DNA from: a bacterium
GTDB lineage: Bacteria > JAAXHH01
Length of the DNA stretch: 64,000 nucleotides
Direction of reading: 5' to 3'
NCBI GenBank assembly: GCA_963693015.1
Contig: OY843748.1
Span: forward strand, 3,651,059-3,715,058
The position numbers were made by a program, and so were the translations under genes. This document shows positions 1 through 10,630 of the stretch, one piece after another. Position 1 is the stretch's first letter; the number at the start of each line of letters is the position of its first letter. The notes below the pieces were generated by a model, which saw only the letters and a program-made list of their open reading frames with translations, had not been told where the DNA came from and searched no databases.

Positions 1-624
1 CGGTACTTCGGCGAACCCGTACCCCACGTCAGGCCGCAGCCGGACCGGCCCATCGAAGAGATCTTCGTCATCTCGAACGTGACCGAGGACGGCAAGCCCA
101 TCGGCGCCCTCGGCAGCGAGGAAATCCCCTTCCATTCCGATTTGTCCTACCTGCCTGAGCCGGGCACCATTTCGTTGCTTTACGCCATCGAAATCCCGGA
201 GCGGGGCGGAGAGACGATGTGGGCGAATGGTTACGCGGCCTATGAAGCGTTGGATCCCGAAGCGCGGTCCCGCGTAGACGGGCTTCACGCCGTCCATCGC
301 CATCCCATCGACGCGTTGAACACGCCGGAACCCACGATGCACCCGGTCGTGCGCACCCACCCGGAGACCGGACGCAAGGTAATCTACGTGAGCCCCCACC
401 TGACGAGCCACATCGCGGATATGGAGCGTGAGGAAGGCCGGGCCCTGCTCGACGCACTGATCGCCCACGCCACCCATTCGCGTTTTGTCTGGAAACACCG
501 GTGGCAAGTCGGCGACCTGGTCATGTGGGACAACCGCTGCACCATGCACCGCCGGACGCCCTTCGACGATCGGCAGCGGCGGGTCATGTGGCGCACGCAG
601 GTGTTCGGCGCGGGTGCCAGATAG
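1..624 (+). CDS. TauD/TfdA-family Fe(II)/2-oxoglutarate-dependent dioxygenase (5' partial, runs off window start)
   Basis: Frame 1 is open from base 1 (the ORF track starts at an internal GTG at 79). The FHSD and DLVMWDNRCTMHRR motifs are typical of taurine-dioxygenase-like enzymes. Confidence 0.75.
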   Translation, partial: RYFGEPVPHVRPQPDRPIEEIFVISNVTEDGKPIGALGSEEIPFHSDLSYLPEPGTISLLYAIEIPERGGETMWANGYAAYEALDPEARSRVDGLHAVHRHPIDALNTPEPTMHPVVRTHPETGRKVIYVSPHLTSHIADMEREEGRALLDALIAHATHSRFVWKHRWQVGDLVMWDNRCTMHRRTPFDDRQRRVMWRTQVFGAGAR

Positions 625-675
625 CATGCGCGGATCCCGTATCCGGCCGGGGCTTGGCCGGAGAGGCGGCCGGGA

Positions 676-1593
676 TCAGTCGGTATCCGGATTCAACTCC
701 ATCGCTTCGAATCCGAACCGGTCGTCCCCCTCGCTGAAAATCCTGCCGGAAGATTCGTTGGCATCATGGTCGAGCACGATGATCCAACCCTCGTCGGCCG
801 CCTGCCTCAGCAAACGCATCTTGGCTACCATGGTGTCGTAGGGGAACAGGTCGTAGGCCATGTTGTAGGGGGCGCGCAGGTGGGTCGTCATGGGCAGGAT
901 ATCGCCTGAGTAGACCGCCCGGGTATCGCCGGACGCCACCTTCACCAGGTGGTGGCAGCGGGTATGGCCGCCGGTCACCTCCACACTGATCCCCTCCTCG
1001 ACCTCCACGTCACCTTCCACCAGGTCAAGCACGCCGTGGTCCATCAGAGGCCGGTAGTTCTCCGGGCGGTAGGTGGTCTTCATGGTGCCGTAATCGTTCA
1101 GCGCGTCCTCCCATTCGCCTTTCTGAACCACGTACCGGGCATTGGGAAAGGCGGGCACGACCCTGCCCTCGTCGTCCGTCCGGGTCGCGCCGCCCGCGTG
1201 ATCGAAATGGAGGTGGCTCAGGATGACCAGATCGACGTCTTCCGCGGATACGCCCCGGGCCGATAGCGACCCCCGGATGGTGGACCCCGACATGCCGTAG
1301 ATACCCCGGTCCCGTTCGGTCATCTTGTCGCCATAGCCCGTGTCGACCAGGATGAGGCGGCCGTCCTTTCGGATGAGCAGGCAGTTGGTGTCGTTGGTGA
1401 TCCGATTCAGGTCGTCGGGAGGACAGAGCTTCTGCCAGAGCGGCTTCGGAACGATGCCGAACATGCTCCCGCCGTCCAGTTTGAATACGCCGCCGCTGAC
1501 GACGGACAGTTCCACTTTGCACTCCTTTTTGACGCGCCCGGTTGCCGGTTGACCTGACCCACACAGTATAGTAGCGGGCCCGGCAATTGTCAT
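676..1593 (-). CDS. MBL-fold metallo-hydrolase (cytoplasmic)
   Basis: HLHFDHAGG (HxHxDH) metal-binding motif. I prefer the ATG at 1593 (MTIAGP...) over the GTG at 1995, because the first 134 aa of the track ORF are Arg/Gly-rich and non-protein-like and overlap the adjacent gene. Confidence 0.75.
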   Translation of the reverse strand: MTIAGPATILCGSGQPATGRVKKECKVELSVVSGGVFKLDGGSMFGIVPKPLWQKLCPPDDLNRITNDTNCLLIRKDGRLILVDTGYGDKMTERDRGIYGMSGSTIRGSLSARGVSAEDVDLVILSHLHFDHAGGATRTDDEGRVVPAFPNARYVVQKGEWEDALNDYGTMKTTYRPENYRPLMDHGVLDLVEGDVEVEEGISVEVTGGHTRCHHLVKVASGDTRAVYSGDILPMTTHLRAPYNMAYDLFPYDTMVAKMRLLRQAADEGWIIVLDHDANESSGRIFSEGDDRFGFEAMELNPDTD

Positions 1594-1683
1594 GGCAAAT
1601 GTGTATAGAGGTTGTCCGTCAGGCCGGATTTTGCTTTCTTGGATCAAAGGCGGGTAAACGCAAGAAACGTTCGGATGCTGAAC

Positions 1684-2724
1684 ATGTCCCTGTACGACCA
1701 CATCGCCGCCGCGCCCAAGGCGGAACTGCACGTGCACCTGGAAGGGGCCATCCAGCCGTCGACGCTGCTGATGCTGGCGAAGAGGCACCGCGTCGACCTG
1801 CCGGCCGACACCGAGGAGGGTTTGCGTAACTGGTACCGGTTCAGGGACTTCCACCATTTCATCGAGGTATACGTTGGCATCACGAGGTGCCTGCGCACCG
1901 TCGAGGATTTCGAGCTGATCGTGTACGAATTCGGCGCCGACATGGCCCGCCAGAACGTCCGATACGCCGAAGTGACCTTCTCGCCGAGCACCCACCTGTG
2001 GCTGAACGGGGTGGACCAGGACGTCTGGTTCACGGGACTCACGGAAGGACGGCGCCGGGCGAAGGAATCATTTGGCTGCGATATCAACTGGATTTTCGAC
2101 CTGGTGCGCAACGACTACCCCGAGCTGGGAAGGTTCGACTATACGACCGGTGTAGCCATCGAGGGGATGGACGACGGGGTGGTCGCCCTTGGCCTGGGCG
2201 GCATGGAGGAAGGATACCCGCCCGCGCCGTTCGCGCCGTGGTTCGACCGGGCGCGGGCGGCGGGACTGCACAGCGCCCCCCACGCGGGGGAGCACGCCGG
2301 ACCGGAGAGTATCCGGGGCGCGATTGAAGACCTCGGCGCCGAGCGCATCGGGCACGGGGTACGGGCCATAGAGGATCCGAAACTGGTCGATTACCTGGCC
2401 GAACACGTCATACCGCTCGAAATCAGTCCCACGAGCAACATCTGCCTGGGGCTTTATCCCGATGCGGCGTCCCATCCCCTGAAAGGACTCCACGAGGCGG
2501 GCGTAACCGTCACCGTGAATTCGGACGACCCTCCCCTGTTCAATACCACGCTTACCGACGAACTGGCGCTGCTCGTTGACCCCTGCGGTTTTTCCAGGGA
2601 AACCGTCGACGAGATCCTGCTGAACGGCGTGCGCTTCAGCTTCCTGCCCGATGAGCAGAAGCACCGCATGGAAGCGGATTTTCTGGATGAAATGCGCGCG
2701 TTGCGGGACGCGGCCGAAAACTGA
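1684..2724 (+). CDS. add: adenosine/adenine deaminase family protein
   Basis: AELHVHLEGA near the N-terminus and SDDPP near the C-terminus are ADA zinc-site motifs. An alternative start is ATG 1675; the ORF-track start at 1612 is probably too far upstream. Confidence 0.8.
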   Translation: MSLYDHIAAAPKAELHVHLEGAIQPSTLLMLAKRHRVDLPADTEEGLRNWYRFRDFHHFIEVYVGITRCLRTVEDFELIVYEFGADMARQNVRYAEVTFSPSTHLWLNGVDQDVWFTGLTEGRRRAKESFGCDINWIFDLVRNDYPELGRFDYTTGVAIEGMDDGVVALGLGGMEEGYPPAPFAPWFDRARAAGLHSAPHAGEHAGPESIRGAIEDLGAERIGHGVRAIEDPKLVDYLAEHVIPLEISPTSNICLGLYPDAASHPLKGLHEAGVTVTVNSDDPPLFNTTLTDELALLVDPCGFSRETVDEILLNGVRFSFLPDEQKHRMEADFLDEMRALRDAAEN

Positions 2725-2745
2725 TTTGACCCGCAATCCGGACGC

Positions 2746-2822
2746 CGTCAGACCAGGTGGCACGCCGCGCCGTCAGACCAGGTGGCACGCCGCGCCGTCA
2801 GACCAGGTGGCACGCCGCGCCG

Positions 2823-2845
<23 letters not shown>
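2746..2845. repeat. perfect 25-bp direct tandem repeat x4 (cgtcagaccaggtggcacgccgcgc)
   Basis: Seen directly in the sequence: three identical copies and a fourth with one mismatch. It lies in the convergent gap between add (stop 2724) and the ABC ATPase gene, whose stop (2823) sits inside the last copy. Confidence 0.9.
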
Positions 2846-3827
<982 letters not shown>

Positions 3828-3872
3828 GCGTCTCCACTCCGCTCCGCCATCTCCTCCTCGTACCGTCGGCCG

Positions 3873-4859
3873 TCAGGCCATCTCCTCCCGCATGATCCGC
3901 TGCCATTCCCCGCATCGTACCACGTGGCGGCTTTCCACGTCCTGCAACGCCTGCGGCCGGCCGCAGGCTTCCGCCGCGAAATCGCAGCGCGGCGCGAAGC
4001 GGCATCCGGCCGGGAAGTCCACCGGGTCCGGCACCGCGCCCTCTATGGTCGAAAGTTCCTCCGTCGCCGAACTCATGGTCGGTACGGAGGCGAGCAAGCC
4101 GCGGGTATAGGGATGGCGGGGGCTTCCGAAGAGCGTCTTCACGTCGGCCTGCTCCACGACCTGCCCCGCGTACATGACCAGTACCTCGTGGGCCATCTCG
4201 GCCACGATGCCCAGATCGTGGGTAATCAGGATCAGACCCATGCCCAGTTCTTCCTGCAGGCGCCGCAGTACGTCGAGGATCTGCGCCTGTATGGTGACGT
4301 CCAGCGCCGTCGTGGGCTCGTCGGCGATCAGCAGCTTCGGATCGCAGGAGATGGCCATGGCGATCATCGCGCGCTGGCGCATGCCGCCGCTGAGTTCGTG
4401 GGGATAGCTTCCGGCCCGTTCTTCCGGCAGCGGGATGTCCACGAGGTCCAGCAGGTCCACGGCCCGTCGCCAGGCGTCCTTCCGGTCCGCGCCCCGGTGC
4501 AGCCGGATCGCCTCGGCGATCTGTTCGCCGACGGTGAACACCGGGTTGAGGGACGTCATGGGTTCCTGGAAGATCATGGCGATGTCGTTTCCCCGTATGC
4601 CGCGGATACGTCGGGGCGAGAGCTGCAGCAGGTTCCTGTCCTCGAAAAGGATCTCGCCTCCGGCGATGCGCCCGGGGGGCCGCGGAATCAATCCCAGGAT
4701 GGAGTAAGCGGTCATGCTCTTGCCGCAACCGGATTCGCCCACGATGCCGAGGGTCTTGCCGGCTTCCACCTCGAAGCTGACGCCGTCGACGGCCCGCACC
4801 ACGCCGTCCTCGGTATCGAAGTACGTCTTCAGGTCGTTTACACGCAGGATCGCGTTCAA
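3873..4859 (-). CDS. oligopeptide/dipeptide ABC transporter ATP-binding protein (OppD/DppD-like)
   Basis: [10 protein letters not shown] Walker A and LSGGMRQR signature. There is a C-terminal CxxC-containing tail. Confidence 0.85.
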   Translation of the reverse strand: MNAILRVNDLKTYFDTEDGVVRAVDGVSFEVEAGKTLGIVGESGCGKSMTAYSILGLIPRPPGRIAGGEILFEDRNLLQLSPRRIRGIRGNDIAMIFQEPMTSLNPVFTVGEQIAEAIRLHRGADRKDAWRRAVDLLDLVDIPLPEERAGSYPHELSGGMRQRAMIAMAISCDPKLLIADEPTTALDVTIQAQILDVLRRLQEELGMGLILITHDLGIVAEMAHEVLVMYAGQVVEQADVKTLFGSPRHPYTRGLLASVPTMSSATEELSTIEGAVPDPVDFPAGCRFAPRCDFAAEACGRPQALQDVESRHVVRCGEWQRIMREEMA

Positions 4860-4869
4860 ATCTGACCTC

Positions 4870-6000
4870 TCATGCGTTGCCGCGTTGCCTCGGGTCGAGG
4901 GCGTCGCGCAGTCCGTCTCCCAGCAGGTTGTACAGGGTCACCGTGATAAAGATAGCGAATCCGGGCACGATCACAAGCCACCATGCGGCGATGTTGCTTC
5001 GCGCGCCGGCCAGCAGCGATCCCCAGGTGATGACCTCGGCGGGCACGCCGATGCCGAGAAAACTCAATCCGGATTCGGCCAGGATGGCGCCCGCCACGCC
5101 GAAAGCCGCGGGGATCAGCACGGGCGCGATGGCATTGGGCAGGATGTGCGCCGCCATGATGCGCAGGTTCGAACAGCCGAGGGCCCGGGCGGCCGCGATG
5201 TAGTCGAAGGCCCGGACCTGGAGGAACTGGGACCGGGTCAGCCGGGCGATGCCGACCCACCCGGTGAACCCGATGATGATCATGATCCAGAAGAGGCTCG
5301 GCGGGAAGAAGGCCGCCGCGGTGATGATCAGGAAGAAGGGCGGGATGGCGGCCCAGAGTTCGAACACGCGGGACAGGATCAGGTCGGTCCATCCGCCCAG
5401 GTACCCCGCCAGCGCGCCGAGCCCCACGCCGATGAGCAGGGAGATGCCCACCGACACCAGTCCGATGGTCAGCGAGTACCGCGTGCCGTGAATGAGACCG
5501 GCCAGCACGTCGCGCCCGAGCCGGTCCGTCCCGAAGAGATGAGCGCCTCCCGGCCGCTCGTACCGGTCGCCGAGCCGGATCTCGTCCGGCGCGTAGGGGA
5601 TGAGGGGAAACACCGCGTCGCTGTATGCGTACCGCTTGAAATTCTTCCGCGTGCGCAACTCTTCCGGCCAGTCCATCAACCCGGTGTAGACCCCGTACTG
5701 GCGAAAGGCGGGGAAATAGGTTTCTCCCTCGTAGACCATGTAATACGGCTTGTTTCCGGCGATCAGGTCCGCGGAAAGCGCGAGGACGGCCATGGCCGCG
5801 AGGACGTAGAGACTGTACAGCGCCGGCCGGTTCTTGCGGAACTCCTTGCGCGTGAGCCGCCAGAAGCTTTCGCCGCCCTCGTTCGTTACCGTGTAGGCCG
5901 GCGTGCCGTTCGCTGCGTTCGATTCCTTTTTGGTGACCGCGTCCAGTGAAGACCCGGCCCCGGTCGATCCACCTTGTTGCGTATCTCTGGATGAAACCAC
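4870..6000 (-). CDS. ABC transporter permease (OppC/DppC-like) with N-terminal extension
   Basis: Multi-TM BPD-transporter permease pattern with a conserved EAA-like loop. It directly follows the upstream permease with a 10-bp gap. Confidence 0.8.
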   Translation of the reverse strand: MVSSRDTQQGGSTGAGSSLDAVTKKESNAANGTPAYTVTNEGGESFWRLTRKEFRKNRPALYSLYVLAAMAVLALSADLIAGNKPYYMVYEGETYFPAFRQYGVYTGLMDWPEELRTRKNFKRYAYSDAVFPLIPYAPDEIRLGDRYERPGGAHLFGTDRLGRDVLAGLIHGTRYSLTIGLVSVGISLLIGVGLGALAGYLGGWTDLILSRVFELWAAIPPFFLIITAAAFFPPSLFWIMIIIGFTGWVGIARLTRSQFLQVRAFDYIAAARALGCSNLRIMAAHILPNAIAPVLIPAAFGVAGAILAESGLSFLGIGVPAEVITWGSLLAGARSNIAAWWLVIVPGFAIFITVTLYNLLGDGLRDALDPRQRGNA

Positions 6001-6010
6001 GTTTCCTGTC

Positions 6011-7312
6011 CTAACCCTGCAACTGGTCGAAGGTGATCCGCGGATCGACCACCTTGAGCAGGACGTCCGCGACCAGGATCCCCAGGAGCGAAAGCAGGGA
6101 GCCGATGGTGAAAATCGCCATGACCATGGGATAGTCCCGGTTCAGCACGGATTCGAATCCGAGCAGCCCCATCCCGGGTATGGTGAAAATCGTTTCGATG
6201 AATACGGACCCCGCGATCATGGCCGGCAGCAGCCCGGCGGAGGTGGTCACGATCGGGATCAGGGAGTTCCGGTACACGTGCCGCAGGATGACCACCTTTT
6301 CCGACAACCCCTTGGCCCGGGCGGTCCGCACGTAGTCCTGGCGCAGGTTCTCCAGCATGCTGGTCCGCATGAAGCGGGATATGGTCGCGAAGCTGATGTA
6401 GGCGGAGGCCAGCACGGGCAGGAACATGTGGTACGCGTGGTCCGTGAGGATCCGCCAGGTGCTCCAGTCGCTGGAGGCGTCCAGCGATTGTATGCCCGAG
6501 GCCGGGAACCAGTAGAAGAACTCCCGGTTGCACAGGAATATGATCAGCAGCATGCCCACCCAGAAGGAAGGCATGGACCAGAGGACGAAGGTGCCGGTCG
6601 TGAGCATCCGGTCCGTCAGGGAGTTCTGCTTGACCGCGAGCCAGACGCCGAGCGGCAGGCCGACCAGGTAGGCGATGACGATCGCGATGATATTGATCTC
6701 GAGGGTGACGGGCAACCGCTCCATGATCCGGCCGATGACGGGCTGGTTGTCCTTGAAGGAACGGCCGAAATCCAGCGTGACGAAACGGTGTCCCGCGACG
6801 ATGAAGAGTTCGATCCCCGCGCCCCGGTAAGCATAGTTGCCCTCGGCGCTGAAGGTCCTCCCTTCCCAGAACGAGGACCGTTCCAGTTCGCTCGCCTCCT
6901 CCGGCGCGAATCCGCCCACAAGGGCAAGGAACCGGTCTTTCTGTTCCCCCCGGTCCAGCGCCGTCAACGCCCTGCGTTCCGACGCTTCGAGGCGATCCAG
7001 CAACCCGTCCGCCCGCAAAGCGTTTCGGTCGAAGGCGCTTAAGGGTTCGATTTTCAGGAACAGCGCCGCGACCCAGTTGAAGTACTGCACGTGGACCGGC
7101 CGGTCCAGTCCAAGCTGCCTGCGCAGTTCTTCCCGGGTTTTCTCGATATCCTGCTGCCGGTCGGAAGCCAGCCCCTCGCCGCCGGCCACGCCGCCCAGGA
7201 ACAGGTCCACGGGGTCGCCGGGGGCGAGATGCATGATGAAGAAGGAAATCACCGTGATCCCAACGAGCGTGGGGACCATGAGCAGCGAGCGTTGAAGAAT
7301 GTAACCGAGCAT
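6011..7312 (-). CDS. ABC transporter permease (OppB/DppB-like) with about 110-aa periplasmic loop insertion
   Basis: N-terminal MLGYILQRSLLMVPTLVGITVISFFIMHLAPGDP is the canonical OppB/DppB start. A hydrophilic insertion follows TM1. Confidence 0.8.
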   Translation of the reverse strand: MLGYILQRSLLMVPTLVGITVISFFIMHLAPGDPVDLFLGGVAGGEGLASDRQQDIEKTREELRRQLGLDRPVHVQYFNWVAALFLKIEPLSAFDRNALRADGLLDRLEASERRALTALDRGEQKDRFLALVGGFAPEEASELERSSFWEGRTFSAEGNYAYRGAGIELFIVAGHRFVTLDFGRSFKDNQPVIGRIMERLPVTLEINIIAIVIAYLVGLPLGVWLAVKQNSLTDRMLTTGTFVLWSMPSFWVGMLLIIFLCNREFFYWFPASGIQSLDASSDWSTWRILTDHAYHMFLPVLASAYISFATISRFMRTSMLENLRQDYVRTARAKGLSEKVVILRHVYRNSLIPIVTTSAGLLPAMIAGSVFIETIFTIPGMGLLGFESVLNRDYPMVMAIFTIGSLLSLLGILVADVLLKVVDPRITFDQLQG

Positions 7313-7390
7313 AGCGAAGATTGATCCCGCGCAGGATCGCGGCCGGTCTTTCGGTCCGTCAACCGCGGGGCCGGTTCCTGGTACGGCCGG

Positions 7391-9250
7391 TCACTGGTAC
7401 AGCCGGTCGGCGGGCTCGACCCACCACTCCTGCGTCACGGCGCCGGCCGGATACCAGTTGACGCCGTGGTAGCGCCGGCTGTACGCGCTGGCGACGCGCG
7501 ACTTCCAGAGAAAGGTATAGGGCTGTTCCTCGTGGAGGATTTCCTGGAAGCGGCGGTACATTTCGATCCGCTTGTCCACGTCGAATTCCTTCCGGTAGGC
7601 CGTCAGGATCGCATCCGATTCATCGTTCCTGAAACTGATGAAATTGGATCCGTTCCCCGCGATCTGGGACGAGTGCCAGATCTGGTAGGCGTCGGGCGGA
7701 AAGCGCAGGCCCGTTCCGCCGGTCCAGCCGAGGGTGACGGCCGCGAAGTCCTTGTTCTTCACCCGCTCCAGGAAGATCGACCAGTCCAGTTCACGGACCT
7801 GGCAGTCGATGCCGACGTCCTCGAGCGCGCTCTGAAGCGTAAGGGCGATGTCCTTGCGAAGCTGATTGCCCGAGTTCACGAGAAACTCGAACCGGAACGG
7901 CGTGGAAGCGCCATCGATTTCCTTGTCGAGCATCCCGTCGTTGTCGGAATCCGTCCATCCCGCTTCATTCAGAAGCGCCAGGGCCCGTTCCGGGTCGTAG
8001 GCATAGGGTTGCAGATCGTGATTGTACTCGGGGCGGAACTTGTGTATGGGACTCTCGACTGTTTCCGCGAGTCCGAAGAGCAGGTTGCGCACCATGCCGT
8101 CACGGTCGGTGAAGTGGGTCATCGCCTGCCGGACGCGCCGGTCCCGGAATATGGGATGGTCGTTGTTCCATCCGATGTACGTGTAGCCTCCCGCGTACTG
8201 GATGCCCTTCATGAACCGCTCGACGAACCCGGGCGACCAGCTCTTCTCTTTGAACTCCAGCGGTTTCATGCCATGGATGTCCAGGTTGCCGTTGGTCAGT
8301 TCGATGAACGCGGCGTCCAGGTTGTTGATGATCTTGAAGACGACCTTGTCCACGTTTCCCGTCGCGGGCAGTCTATCCACGTCCCGGCCCCAGTAACGGT
8401 CATTACGGCTGAGCACGACCTTCTGTCCCGTGACCACGTCGTTCTCCCAGTCCGCCACGAAATACGGTCCGGAGCCAAGCATCTTCCGGTTGAAATCCTG
8501 GTTGAAGCGGTCGCCGAAGAGCCGCACCCGGTCCGCGTGTTCACCGCCTTCCCAACTGCCGTCTATCAGGCTGGTGATCGGCACCGGGTCCAGCAGCCCG
8601 TCCGGGTCGTAGAAGTGCCTGGGCAGGATATCGAAACTGCCCAGAAAGAGGTCGTTCAGGATATACGGTTCCCGGCAGACGAAACTGATCTCGTATTCCC
8701 CGAGTTTCCTGACGTCCATGATCGCGGAATAGTAGTTTCTCAGGTGCGGCGCCCGTACCGTGGGCGTCTGGATGACCTTCATGCTGAAGAGCACGTCGTC
8801 CGCGGTGAGGGGAACGTCGTCGGCGAATCGAACGTTCCGGCGCAGGGTAAAGGTATAGGTGAGATGATCGTCGGAGATGATGGGATAGTCTGCTGCGATA
8901 AAACCGCGCTGAGTATACGGTGGATCGTATTCCGGTTCCAGCAGAGACTCGAAGACGTAGGTGTGGACCTGGGTCGCGCCCTGGTCGCTCGAAGTGTAGG
9001 GATTGAAGTTCTCCGGGTCGGACAGCGCGTGGCGCACCATCCAGTCGCCGAATACCGGCTCATCCGTCCCGTCGTACTTGAGCGGTGCCTTATCCGTCCC
9101 GTCCAGCACGACGGTATCCTTTGACTCCGACAGGATCGTCTGAACCTTGTTCCAGGGATCTTCTGGCGTTTCGCCGCCGCCGCAGGCAAGCTGGGCGGCA
9201 AACAGGACCAGTGCGGTGGTCCTCGTTACGGAACAGATGGTCTTTCGCAT
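7391..9250 (-). CDS. ABC transporter substrate-binding lipoprotein, family 5 (peptide/nickel/opine type)
   Basis: Lipoprotein signal ...LFAAQLACGGG. At 619 aa it fits the SBP_bac_5 family, and it is the first gene of the permease/ATPase operon. Confidence 0.85.
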   Translation of the reverse strand: MRKTICSVTRTTALVLFAAQLACGGGETPEDPWNKVQTILSESKDTVVLDGTDKAPLKYDGTDEPVFGDWMVRHALSDPENFNPYTSSDQGATQVHTYVFESLLEPEYDPPYTQRGFIAADYPIISDDHLTYTFTLRRNVRFADDVPLTADDVLFSMKVIQTPTVRAPHLRNYYSAIMDVRKLGEYEISFVCREPYILNDLFLGSFDILPRHFYDPDGLLDPVPITSLIDGSWEGGEHADRVRLFGDRFNQDFNRKMLGSGPYFVADWENDVVTGQKVVLSRNDRYWGRDVDRLPATGNVDKVVFKIINNLDAAFIELTNGNLDIHGMKPLEFKEKSWSPGFVERFMKGIQYAGGYTYIGWNNDHPIFRDRRVRQAMTHFTDRDGMVRNLLFGLAETVESPIHKFRPEYNHDLQPYAYDPERALALLNEAGWTDSDNDGMLDKEIDGASTPFRFEFLVNSGNQLRKDIALTLQSALEDVGIDCQVRELDWSIFLERVKNKDFAAVTLGWTGGTGLRFPPDAYQIWHSSQIAGNGSNFISFRNDESDAILTAYRKEFDVDKRIEMYRRFQEILHEEQPYTFLWKSRVASAYSRRYHGVNWYPAGAVTQEWWVEPADRLYQ

Positions 9251-9298
9251 GACGTAGATCCTCCATCGCGCCGTCTGGCGCGCAATCCTTCGGTCCGC

Positions 9299-9400
9299 GT
9301 GGCCGCCTGGTTCGCCTGGCCCGCCTGGTCCGCCCGGCCCGCGTGGCCGCCTGGTCCGCCTGGCCCGGCCGGGCGGTCAGGTCGGCGGTCAGGTCGGCGT
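9299..9400. repeat. GC-rich short tandem repeats (cgcctggyccgc x about 6; ggtcaggtcggc x2) in intergenic gap
   Basis: Seen directly between the SBP start (9250) and the ADH stop (9400). Confidence 0.6.
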
Positions 9401-10389
9401 TACCTGCCCAGGCCCTTTTCCTCGAAATCGATGATGATCTTGATGCACTCGCCCTTGCGCTTCGTGGCCATTTCGAAGCCTTCCTGTACCCGGGCGAAGG
9501 GCAACTTGTGGGAGATCATCGGCGCCAGGTTCACACGCCCTTCACCAATGGTCCGCATGGCGCTCCTGAAATCGGTTTGTATATCCGGTCCCACGGAAGT
9601 CGTCAGCTGCAGGTTCTTGCGGAACAGGTCCAGCATGTCGACCGTGAATCGCGCAGTCTTGGGCACGCCGAAGTCGATGAATCGGGCTTTGTGCCGGGCC
9701 AGCTTCACGCACAGGTTGAACGTCTCCTCCACGCCGACGACCTCGATCACCACGTCGGCCATCCGGCCCTCCGTGATCTCGGCCACTGCCTCGGACGGAT
9801 CGGTGTGCCGCGTGTTCACGGTGTGGGTCGCGCCCATTTCCCGGGCCGCGGCGAGGCGGTTGTCATACTGGTCGATACCGATGATCAGCGCGGCGCCGAG
9901 GTTCCGCATCATGGTGGTGAACAGCAGTCCCATCGGGCCCTGGCCGACCACGGCGACCTCGGCGTCGAAGAAGTGGCCCAGTTTCCGCAGACAGCAGATC
10001 ACGGTGCCGAGGGGCTGAGCCATCAACAGCTGCTCCTGGGGCAGGCCCGGCGGCAAGGGGGTCACGGACGCGCCGAGACCGAGAAAATACTCGGCCATGG
10101 CGCTCGAACCGGAGGGCAGGACCATGGCGAGATCACCTTCCCTGCATCCGTCCGCCCACGATTTTTCGATGATCCCGATACTCTCGTGCAGGGACACGCC
10201 AGGGGCCGCGGGATAGTTTGCCGGGCCCGTGAACAGCGGATGGTCGCTGCCGCAGATGGCGGCGTTCACGGTTCGTACGAGCACGAGGTCTTTGAGCCCC
10301 TCCGGATTGGTTTTTTCCAGCGCGAGGTCCGGCCGTTCCGCCTCCACGATTTCAATTTGCTCCTGCGCGACCACTTGTCCCGCTTTCAT
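9400..10389 (-). CDS. Zn-dependent alcohol dehydrogenase (medium-chain dehydrogenase/reductase; threonine/sorbitol dehydrogenase-like)
   Basis: AAICGSD motif and GxGxxG Rossmann motif (VVGQGPMG). The start is assigned to the ATG at 10389 (MKAGQVV...), preceded by AAGGA. The upstream 46 aa of the track ORF are Arg/Pro-rich. Confidence 0.75.
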   Translation of the reverse strand: MKAGQVVAQEQIEIVEAERPDLALEKTNPEGLKDLVLVRTVNAAICGSDHPLFTGPANYPAAPGVSLHESIGIIEKSWADGCREGDLAMVLPSGSSAMAEYFLGLGASVTPLPPGLPQEQLLMAQPLGTVICCLRKLGHFFDAEVAVVGQGPMGLLFTTMMRNLGAALIIGIDQYDNRLAAAREMGATHTVNTRHTDPSEAVAEITEGRMADVVIEVVGVEETFNLCVKLARHKARFIDFGVPKTARFTVDMLDLFRKNLQLTTSVGPDIQTDFRSAMRTIGEGRVNLAPMISHKLPFARVQEGFEMATKRKGECIKIIIDFEEKGLGR

Positions 10390-10630
10390 CTGAATTCCTT
10401 TCTGGCGGCTGATGCAATAACCCTGGCAGGCTATCTGTTTGACGGCAAACGGTGCGCCTCGATCCACAAAAACCAGCCTGTATGGGCGTACCGGACCGGG
10501 CGCGCCCGGTCGAATCCCTCGACTCAAAGACCGGACGCATCTTCCTGAGGGACCGGACGCATCTTCCTGAATGTATCCAAGCCGCGGGTATTGTCAAACC
10601 GAAATGGTCGTGGCCGCGCGGGGTTTTCCG